Origin: Candidatus Methylomirabilia bacterium
Lineage (GTDB): Bacteria; Methylomirabilota; Methylomirabilia; Rokubacteriales; CSP1-6
NCBI GenBank assembly: GCA_041496385.1
Contig: JBGQEL010000142.1
Span: forward strand, 1 to 10,169
Length of the DNA stretch: 10,169 nt
Reading direction: 5' to 3'
The position numbers were made by a program, and so were the translations under genes. Shown piece after piece: positions 1 through 6,416 of the stretch. Every line of letters starts with the position of its first letter. Positions within the stretch are counted from its first letter, which is position 1. The notes below the pieces were generated by a model. The model did not search any database. It was not told the origin of the DNA and worked only from the letters and a program-made list of their open reading frames with translations.

Positions 1-189
1 CGTGACCTCGGCCAGCGCCGATAGCACCGTCCAGGCCTCGGGCACCCCTGGACCAGCGTCGCCGTTGGGATCGCGCAGGTGATCCCAGGTCCACAGCCCG
101 TCGAAGCCCGCCTCTTCGGCGGCGACCGCGGCGGCGCGCAGGTCGGCCCAGCGGGCGCTCATCGGGATCAGGAGCAGGTCCGTCTTCAC
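1..189 (-). CDS. LLM-class flavin/F420-dependent oxidoreductase, N-terminal part (runs off the left edge)
   Basis: Not in the ORF track. Manual translation from GTG at 189 gives MKTDLLLIPMSARWADLRAAAVAAEEAGFDGLWTWDHLRDPNGDAGPGVPEAWTVLSALAEVT. AEEAGFDGLWTWDH and EAWTVLSALAEVT match the typical LLM N-terminal pattern. It starts 11 nt after the stop of the upstream CoA-transferase, so it is probably co-transcribed. Confidence 0.85.
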   Translation of the reverse strand, partial: MKTDLLLIPMSARWADLRAAAVAAEEAGFDGLWTWDHLRDPNGDAGPGVPEAWTVLSALAEVT

Positions 190-200
190 GGCGCGACGGC

Positions 201-1409
201 TCAGCCCAGCACGCCCTGCGCTCGGAGCCGCGCGATCTCGTCCGTCGAGAAGCCCAGCACCTCGGCCAGCACTTCCGCGGTGTGCTGCCCCGCGAGCGGC
301 GGGGCTGCCGTCGGCGCCTCGGAGGCGGACAGGTGCACGGGGCAGCCGGGCAAGCGAAACGCGCCGCGCGTGGCGTGCTCGATGGTGTGGATCTGGCCGC
401 GCGCGTTGAGGTGCGGGTCGTCCAGGATCTCACCCGTGTCGAGCGTGGCGCCGCTGGGCACGCCGGCCTTGCCCAGCACGGCCATCGCCTCGTGCTTCGT
501 GCGCGCGCCCGTCCAGGCCCGGACGATCTCGTTCAGCGCGTCGCGGTGCTCCCAGCGCGTCTTCGCGTCCTTGCAGCGGGCGTCGGCGAGCAGGTCCTCA
601 CGGCCGATCGCGGTCGCGAAGTCGCGCCACATGCCCGGGTTGATCGGCTGCACGTAGATGTAGACGTAGTCGTTGGGCCCGCCCGGCGCGCACGGATAGG
701 CGCCGCCCGGCACGCCGCCCACCAGGCCGTTGCCGCGCCGCTCGCTGGGCTTGCCGTCGCGGTAGTGATCGACGTACCGGCCCCGGAGGAAGTTCGCCAC
801 CACTTCCTGCATCGCCACCTCGACGAGCTGGCCCTGGCCCGTGCGCTGGCGCTGGATGTAGGCGGCGAGGATGGCGGCGGCCGTGTGGACGCCCGTCCCG
901 GTGTCGCCGATGGCGGCGCCGCAGCGCACGGGCTCGCGGTCGGCGAAGCCGGTCACGCTCATCACGCCGCCCGTCGCCTGGGCGATCATGTCGAAACTCT
1001 TGTACTCGTGGTACGGGCCGGAGAGGCCGAAGCCCTTGATGCGCGCGACGATGATGCGCGGATTCGTGGCGCGCAGCCGCTCGTAGTCGAGGCCTAGCTT
1101 CTCCATGAGGCCGGGCGCGAAGTTCTCGACGACGACGTCCGCCCGCTCGACCATCTTCAGAAAGAGCGCGCGGCCGTCCGGATTCTTCAGATCGATCGTC
1201 ACGCTGCGCTTGTTGGCGTTGAAGACCAGGAAGAACATCGCGTCGAGGCCCGGCACCTCCGGCCGGTTGCGGCGCGACTGCTCGCCGCCCGGCGGCTCGA
1301 TCTTGAGGACGTCGGCGCCGAGCCAGCCGAGGAACTGGGTGCACGTGGTGCCGGCCTCGAACTGCGTGAGGTCGAGGATCCGCATTCCGTGGAGCGCGCG
1401 TTCGGCCAT
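201..1409 (-). CDS. Class III CoA-transferase (CaiB/BaiF family), formyl-CoA transferase (Frc)-like, 402 aa
   Basis: Motifs RILDLTQFEAG, LGADVLKIEPPGGE, NANKRSVTIDLK, ADVVVENFAPG, catalytic-Asp segment GAAIGDTGTG and C-terminal PPLAGQHTAEVL. SD-like GGGAGAG lies upstream of the ATG. Confidence 0.93.
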   Translation of the reverse strand: MAERALHGMRILDLTQFEAGTTCTQFLGWLGADVLKIEPPGGEQSRRNRPEVPGLDAMFFLVFNANKRSVTIDLKNPDGRALFLKMVERADVVVENFAPGLMEKLGLDYERLRATNPRIIVARIKGFGLSGPYHEYKSFDMIAQATGGVMSVTGFADREPVRCGAAIGDTGTGVHTAAAILAAYIQRQRTGQGQLVEVAMQEVVANFLRGRYVDHYRDGKPSERRGNGLVGGVPGGAYPCAPGGPNDYVYIYVQPINPGMWRDFATAIGREDLLADARCKDAKTRWEHRDALNEIVRAWTGARTKHEAMAVLGKAGVPSGATLDTGEILDDPHLNARGQIHTIEHATRGAFRLPGCPVHLSASEAPTAAPPLAGQHTAEVLAEVLGFSTDEIARLRAQGVLG

Positions 1410-1437
1410 GGCTCACTCTCCCTGGTCAGGTCAACCG

Positions 1438-1449
1438 GCAGTATACTGC
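1438..1449. promoter_or_regulatory. 12-bp perfect palindrome GCAGTATACTGC giving a TATACT -10-like hexamer on both strands; candidate bidirectional promoter and/or operator
   Basis: It lies in the 47-bp gap between divergent start codons at 1409 and 1457. TATACT is at 1442-1447 on + and 1445-1440 on -. No consensus -35 was found on either side. Confidence 0.6.
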
Positions 1450-1456
1450 GACGGCC

Positions 1457-2644
1457 ATGACAGGCGACGGCGCCCTCCCCCTGGCGCGCTTCACGGTGCT
1501 CGACCTCACCCGGGCTCGGGCGGGCCCGACCTGCGTCCGCCAGCTCGTGGACTGGGGCGCCCGGGCGATCAAGATCGAGATGCCCGGCGGGCGCGGGGGC
1601 GACGGCATGGGCGGCAATCGCCACGGGTTCGACTTCCAGAACCTGCACCGCAACAAGCGGGGCATGACCCTGAACCTGCGTGACCCCGAGGGCGTGGCCA
1701 TCCTCAAGCGGCTGGTGCGGGACGCCGACGTGCTGGTCGAGAACTACCGGCCGGACGTCAAGCGGCGCCTGGGCATCGACTACGAGAGCCTGCGCCCGAT
1801 CAATCCGCGGCTGATCTACGGCAGCATCTCGGGTTTCGGGCAGAGCGGACCGTACCGCGACCGGCCCGGCGTCGATCAGATCGCGCAGGGCATGGGCGGT
1901 CTCATGTCCATCACCGGCCTGCCCGGCCAGGGGCCCGTGCGCGTGGGCATCCCCATCGCCGACCTGTGCTCGGGGATCCTCCTCGCGCAGGGCGTCCTCG
2001 TGGCGCTCCTGGAACGCGAGGTCACCGGCGAGGGCAAGTGGGTGCACACCTCGCTGCTCGAGGCGATGCTGTCCATGCTCGACTTCCAGGCGTCGCGCTG
2101 GCTGATGAGCGGCGAGATCCCGCCGCAGGCGGGCAACAACCACCCGACGGCGATTCCCACCGGCGTCTTTCCGACGAAGGACGGCCACATCAACATCGCC
2201 GCGGCGGGCGACGAGATCTACGACCGGCTCTGCCGCGCCATCGCGCGCCCGGATCTGCGCACCGATCCGCGCTTCGCCACCTCGAGCGCGCGCTCGACCA
2301 ACCGGGACGCGCTGATGGAGGTCCTGATGCCGGTCACCCGGCAGAAGACGAGCGCCGAGTGGGTCCGGATTCTCAACGACGCGGGCGTGCCCTGCGGGCC
2401 GATCTACCGCGTGGACGAGTCGTTCGCGGATCCTCAAGTGAGACATCTGGAGATGGCGCAGCCCGTGCGCTCGCCCGCGCTGGGGAACCTCACCATCCTC
2501 GGCCACCCAGTCTCGCACGGCGAGCGCCGGCTGCCGATCCGCGCCGCCGCGCCGGAGCTGGGTCAGGACAACGAGGCGATCCTCACGTCCCTCGGCTACA
2601 CCAAGGAGCAGATCGCCGACCTGGCGAAGCGCGGGGTCATCTGA
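1457..2644 (+). CDS. Class III CoA-transferase (CaiB/BaiF family), 395 aa
   Basis: Motifs VLDLTRARAGP, WGARAIKIE, LHRNKRGMTLNL, ADVLVENYRP, DQIAQGMGGLMSITG, catalytic-Asp segment RVGIPIADL and APELGQDN. Confidence 0.95.
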   Translation: MTGDGALPLARFTVLDLTRARAGPTCVRQLVDWGARAIKIEMPGGRGGDGMGGNRHGFDFQNLHRNKRGMTLNLRDPEGVAILKRLVRDADVLVENYRPDVKRRLGIDYESLRPINPRLIYGSISGFGQSGPYRDRPGVDQIAQGMGGLMSITGLPGQGPVRVGIPIADLCSGILLAQGVLVALLEREVTGEGKWVHTSLLEAMLSMLDFQASRWLMSGEIPPQAGNNHPTAIPTGVFPTKDGHINIAAAGDEIYDRLCRAIARPDLRTDPRFATSSARSTNRDALMEVLMPVTRQKTSAEWVRILNDAGVPCGPIYRVDESFADPQVRHLEMAQPVRSPALGNLTILGHPVSHGERRLPIRAAAPELGQDNEAILTSLGYTKEQIADLAKRGVI

Positions 2645-5127
2645 TGAAGGTCATCGGGCTCGGCGTGCTGCTCGCGCTCGTCGTCGTCAACCTGCTGCTG
2701 GCGCCGGCCGCCGCGGCGCTGGATTGCCGCGGCGCGACGCCCTTGCCGTCGGATCTCGCGCTGACCGCCCCCGCGCCCGACGTTCCCGCGGATGTCGCCC
2801 GCTTCGCGGGCGCCTGGAGCGGCGCCTGGACCGACGCGCGCGGCGACGAGGCGCAATGCCACGCGCTGATCGTCGAGGAAGTGTTCGCCAACGGGTACGC
2901 GCGCGTGATCTACAGCGTCGCCGCGTCGCCCACCATCGGCAGCGGGTCCCCGAGAGCTTTCCGGGCGACGGGCCGCATCGCGGACGGCCTGCTGCGATTC
3001 CGCCTGCCGGAATTCGATCGCCCGGCGCTGGTCTACCGGCTCGACATGGACCAGCTCGCCGCGACGTTCAACGGCGCCGGGCATGCGAAGCTCTCGCGCG
3101 CGACCGACGTCGCGGCCCTCGACTGCAGCCGCGCGCATCCGGCACCGATCGCGCCGCCGGCCGGCGTCCGCGACCGGCTGACCGCGGCCGAGCTACAGGC
3201 GCCCGCGGGGCCGGCCACGGACCCCATCCACAACGACTACTTCATGCCGGTCGGCGCCGCGGCGCCGCCGAAGCACGCGCTCCGGGGAACGCTGACCGTT
3301 CCCCCGTTCTCGGCGTCGTTCACGAGTCTCGGCTGCGCGGCCCGGCCGCGGCGGATCCCGGGCTTCAGCGTGGGGTTCTTCACCCACGGCGACCATCTCG
3401 TGCCGGCCGTCCGGGACCTCGTGCCGGGCACGACGCTCATCCTCTCGCCCGGACGGGTGTGGTCCGAGCCCGGCGACGGCGGTCTGTCGCGCGCCTCGTT
3501 CGCGTTCGTGATCGGCAACGAGATCAACAACGGCACGCACAACGGCCTCGCGACCTTCGTCTTCGACGACACGCGCGTCTCCGCGCTCGCGGTGCAGATC
3601 GTCCAGGAAACGGCTCCCTGGGCCAAGCTCGACTACGCCGCCCGGCTGCCGATGACCTACGCCCCCGGCGCGCCCGCCGACGAGCCCGCGCTACGCGCGG
3701 AGTTCACCACGGAGTTCGCGCGGCAGACGCCCATGCGGCCGTGGCCGACGCTGGGCGCCTCCGACGCCCTCGCGGGCTTCGACGGCGACACGCGGCCGGC
3801 GGACATCAGCGCCAACGGGCTCGTCATGGACGGCGTGCTCTACGTCCGCGGCTGTCACACGCGCTACGGCCCGTTCCCCTACTGCCGCGAGATGCGTCAC
3901 GGCGTGTTCTCCGTCACGAAGTCGCTCGGCGCGGCGGTGGCGCTGCTGCGGCTCGCGCAGAAGTACGGCGATGCCGTCTTCGACGAGAAGCTCGTCGACC
4001 ACCTCCCGGCCGGCGCGGCACACGCGGGCTGGGACGGGGTGACCTTCGCCGACGCCCTCGGCATGGCGACGGCCATCGGCGACGAGAAGCCGGAGCGTCA
4101 ACCGAACGCGCCGTTCGCCGACGAGAACGCGCCCAAGATGATGCGCCTCCTCGTCAAGCGAACGGCGAAGGAGAAGCTGGAGATCGCGCTCTCCTACGGC
4201 AAGTACCCGTGGAACCGCGGCGAGGTGCTTCGCTACAACTCGGCGCACACCTTCGTGCTCGCGACCGCGATGGACGCCTACCTGAAGCGCCGCGAGGGAG
4301 GGGGCGCGCACCTCTGGGACATGGTGCGGAACGAGGTCTTCCGGCCGATCGGGGTGCTCCACGCGCCGGCGATGCACACGCTCGAGCCGGACGGCAGCCG
4401 CGGCGTGCCGCTGCTCGCCTACGGTCTCTATCCGACGGTGGACGACGTCGCGAAGCTCGCGACACTGCTCCAGAACGGCGGCCGTCACGACGGCGTCCAG
4501 CTCCTCCACACCGCGAAGCTCGCCGAGACGCTCTACCGCGTGAGCCCGACCGTGGGCCTGCCGGACGGATCCAGGAACCGGTTCGGCGAGGCGCGGTATC
4601 ACCTCTCGTTCTGGTCCGTGCCGTACCGGACGGCCACGGGCTGCTTCTTCCAGATCCCGTACATGTCGGGCTTCGGCGGCAACATCGTTGCGCTGCTGCC
4701 GAACGGCATCTCCGTCTTCCGGTTCGCCGACGCGTACAACTTCGACGTCGACTCGATGATCCTCGCGGGCGAGTCGCTGCGCCCGTTCTGCGCGCCGCCC
4801 GCGACGGCGGCGGCTCCGGCGCCGCCGCGCGTGGCGCTCACCGCGGCCGAGCTCGCCTCGGACTTCGTCGGACACGTATACGTCTTCGGACCGCAGCGCA
4901 TCGAGTACGCGCCGGGCGGGCGGCTCTGGGGCTCCCTGGCGGAGGAGGTCGACGTCGGCACGTGGGAGATCACGCCCGACGCGCGCGTCTGCCGGAGCTG
5001 GAACATGTGGGACGGGCGCCGCCGGCGCTGCTACGCGATCCTCCGAACGGACGACGGCTGGGAGGTCGACGTCCCGGGGCGGTTCACGCGGGCCGTCCTC
5101 CGGCGCGCGCCGGCCGCCGCGCCCTAG
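2644..5127 (+). CDS. Secreted multidomain serine hydrolase (beta-lactamase/penicillin-binding-like SxxK superfamily), 827 aa
   Basis: The real start is most likely the ATG at 2644, which overlaps the upstream TGA (TGATG), not 1966. Signal peptide MKVIGLGVLLALVVVNLLLAPAAAA. FSVTKS (SxxK, 3910-3921), RYNS (4234-4242, at the YxN-equivalent position), T-VDDVAKLATLLQNGGRHDGVQLL and MSGFGGN are typical of the AmpC-like esterase/amidase (NylB-like) group. Confidence 0.85.
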   Translation: MKVIGLGVLLALVVVNLLLAPAAAALDCRGATPLPSDLALTAPAPDVPADVARFAGAWSGAWTDARGDEAQCHALIVEEVFANGYARVIYSVAASPTIGSGSPRAFRATGRIADGLLRFRLPEFDRPALVYRLDMDQLAATFNGAGHAKLSRATDVAALDCSRAHPAPIAPPAGVRDRLTAAELQAPAGPATDPIHNDYFMPVGAAAPPKHALRGTLTVPPFSASFTSLGCAARPRRIPGFSVGFFTHGDHLVPAVRDLVPGTTLILSPGRVWSEPGDGGLSRASFAFVIGNEINNGTHNGLATFVFDDTRVSALAVQIVQETAPWAKLDYAARLPMTYAPGAPADEPALRAEFTTEFARQTPMRPWPTLGASDALAGFDGDTRPADISANGLVMDGVLYVRGCHTRYGPFPYCREMRHGVFSVTKSLGAAVALLRLAQKYGDAVFDEKLVDHLPAGAAHAGWDGVTFADALGMATAIGDEKPERQPNAPFADENAPKMMRLLVKRTAKEKLEIALSYGKYPWNRGEVLRYNSAHTFVLATAMDAYLKRREGGGAHLWDMVRNEVFRPIGVLHAPAMHTLEPDGSRGVPLLAYGLYPTVDDVAKLATLLQNGGRHDGVQLLHTAKLAETLYRVSPTVGLPDGSRNRFGEARYHLSFWSVPYRTATGCFFQIPYMSGFGGNIVALLPNGISVFRFADAYNFDVDSMILAGESLRPFCAPPATAAAPAPPRVALTAAELASDFVGHVYVFGPQRIEYAPGGRLWGSLAEEVDVGTWEITPDARVCRSWNMWDGRRRRCYAILRTDDGWEVDVPGRFTRAVLRRAPAAAP

Positions 5128-5151
5128 CGGGAATGCGGTCTCGCCAACGGG

Positions 5152-5182
5152 ATTGACGTCAATGTGCTACATGTAGCACACT
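5152..5182 (+). promoter_or_regulatory. TA promoter/operator: -35 TTGACG inside palindrome ATTGACGTCAAT (5152-5163), joined to an 18-bp palindrome TGTGCTACATGTAGCACA (5163-5180); -10-like CACACT at 5177-5182
   Basis: Both palindromes are perfect and read directly from the sequence. They lie immediately upstream of the antitoxin ATG (5189). Type II TA operons are known to autorepress through palindromic operators overlapping the promoter. Confidence 0.75.
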
Positions 5183-5188
5183 GGGGTC

Positions 5189-5425
5189 ATGCGAACCGCC
5201 GGCGTCCGTGAAGCCCGCCAGAACCTGTCGGTGCTCCTCGACGAGGTCAAGAAGGGCCGCGAGGTCGTCATCACGGAGCGCGGCCGGCCCGTGGCGAAGC
5301 TGGTCCCGCCCGATCGCCCGCGCGGCGCGGGCGTCCCGGACCTCGCGAGGTTTCGCCGGCGGATGCCGGTTCTCGACCCCCCGCTGTCCACGACGATCGC
5401 CGAGGAGCGCGCGGATCGCCTCTAG
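5189..5425 (+). CDS. Type II antitoxin, Phd/YefM (prevent-host-death) family, 78 aa
   Basis: MRTAGVREARQNLSVLLDEVKKGREVVITERGRPVAKLVP is the canonical Phd/YefM N-terminal signature. It is directly upstream of a PIN toxin, so it is functionally a VapB. Confidence 0.93.
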   Translation: MRTAGVREARQNLSVLLDEVKKGREVVITERGRPVAKLVPPDRPRGAGVPDLARFRRRMPVLDPPLSTTIAEERADRL

Positions 5426-5918
5426 GCGGCGCGCGCCGGCGCGGTTCCGGGAGCAGCGTGAAACTTACCGCGCGGGGTGGCCCGGTCCCGTCTATTGCGA
5501 CTCCAGCGCGTTGATCAAGCTCTACCTGTCCGAGCCTGGCAGTGACCAGTTCAACGGGATGGTCGAGGGCCGAGCCGACCTGCTCGTGGCCGATCTGGCG
5601 GTGACCGAAGTCGTCTCGGCGCTGTCGCGACGGCTTCGTCAGGGCGACCTCGCGCCGAAGACGGCCGGCCGCGTGCGGCACGCGATCGTCGGAGACCTCG
5701 ACGCCGGACTGTATCAGCGCGTGGAGCTGACGCGCGACGTGCACCGCCGCGCGGAGCACCTGCTCCTGAGCTTGCGCGAGACTCCGCTCCGCGCGGCCGA
5801 CGCGCTTCACCTGGCGCTCGCGATGTCGGCGCATGCGGCGTCGATGGCGTCCTTCGACGCGCGGCTGGGGGCCGCCGCCCGCGCGGCCGGCCTCGCCACC
5901 TACCCGCCTACGACTTGA
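5415..5918 (+). CDS. vapC: Type II toxin, VapC/PIN-domain ribonuclease; start uncertain (possibly non-canonical ATC at 5415, about 167 aa)
   Basis: The PIN acidic tetrad is present: VYCDSSALIKLY, VTEVVSAL, LRAADALHLALA, SFDARL. The stop is TGA at 5916-5918. There is no in-frame ATG/GTG/TTG between GTG 5208 and TTG 5511, and TTG 5511 lies after the first catalytic Asp. The start is placed tentatively at an ATC 7 nt downstream of GAGGAG. Confidence 0.85.
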   Translation: MASRRRAPARFREQRETYRAGWPGPVYCDSSALIKLYLSEPGSDQFNGMVEGRADLLVADLAVTEVVSALSRRLRQGDLAPKTAGRVRHAIVGDLDAGLYQRVELTRDVHRRAEHLLLSLRETPLRAADALHLALAMSAHAASMASFDARLGAAARAAGLATYPPTT

Positions 5919-6315
5919 AGAGGTTGTCGAACCCCCGGCGGATGTCGCCGGGGCGCGTCGAATCGGGCGAGGCGTCGCGCTCGACCGTCACGCGGAGCGC
6001 GAACGCGGCGCAGTCGTTGCGCGCGTTCTTGTCGGCCAGCCGCTTGGAGATGGGCTCCGTGCACTCGAAGCGCCGGCCCGCGTCGAAGTGGGCGCACTGC
6101 CGGCAGGCGTGGATGGCGGCCGGGCAGTTCGGACACTGCTTGAGCGAGGCGGTCGCGACCGGCAGCACCGCGCCACACGCCCCGCACCGGGAGACGTTGC
6201 GCTGGGCGAGCATCCCGCCGCTCCGCGGAGCGTCGGGCGGCGGCGTGGGCGCGGGCCGGCGCGGGCCGGCGCCCTGGTCGCGATAACCCTGCTGACGGTA
6301 CTGGCGATCGGCCAT
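5908..6315 (-). CDS. Cys-rich hypothetical protein (putative multi-zinc-binding), 135 aa
   Basis: SD-like GAGGGAAG upstream. Motifs CGAC, CPNC, HACRQCAHFD, FEC, NDCAAF (8 Cys) and a C-terminal FDNLFK. The N-terminus is Pro/Arg-rich and low complexity. Its stop overlaps the vapC stop region by 11 nt (convergent). Confidence 0.8.
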   Translation of the reverse strand: MADRQYRQQGYRDQGAGPRRPAPTPPPDAPRSGGMLAQRNVSRCGACGAVLPVATASLKQCPNCPAAIHACRQCAHFDAGRRFECTEPISKRLADKNARNDCAAFALRVTVERDASPDSTRPGDIRRGFDNLFKS

Positions 6316-6378
6316 GCGAATGCTTCCCTCCGCGTTCTACTCTAGCCGATGCCGCCGGGGGCGCGCACGCTCACATTC

Positions 6379-6407
6379 TTGACCCGCCGGCGGCGCCGGA
6401 CTACGTT
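6379..6407 (+). promoter_or_regulatory. Sigma70-like promoter TTGACC-N17-TACGTT for the 6417 gene
   Basis: TTGACC at 6379-6384, a 17-nt spacer, TACGTT at 6402-6407, and the ATG 9 nt later. Confidence 0.55.
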
Positions 6408-6416
6408 GAGAGCGTC

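Noticed and set aside
1429..1434. Minus-strand TTGACC as a -35 for the Frc-like gene
   Set aside because: The corresponding -10 position falls on CCATGG at the start codon, which is not a -10 element.
1966..2643. N-terminal extension making the hydrolase 1053 aa
   Set aside because: It overlaps the CoA-transferase out of frame. The signal peptide and TGATG coupling place the start at 2644.
2644..5127. Antibiotic-resistance beta-lactamase call
   Set aside because: It lacks the class A SDN/KTG and class C YxN/KTG motifs. The YNS and SGFGG motifs point to the esterase/amidase branch.
2724..5156. 810-aa alternative-frame ORF overlapping the hydrolase
   Set aside because: Arg/Ala/Gly-rich with no motifs. 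It is the expected stop-poor shadow frame of GC-rich coding DNA.
5208..5414. GTG 5208 as the VapC start (236 aa)
   Set aside because: It would add about 70 Arg/Ser-rich residues overlapping nearly the whole antitoxin, with no SD. It is unlikely but not formally excluded.
5128..5918. TA module as part of a mobile element
   Set aside because: I see no transposase, integrase, terminal inverted repeats or target-site duplication, and the coding composition looks like that of the flanks.
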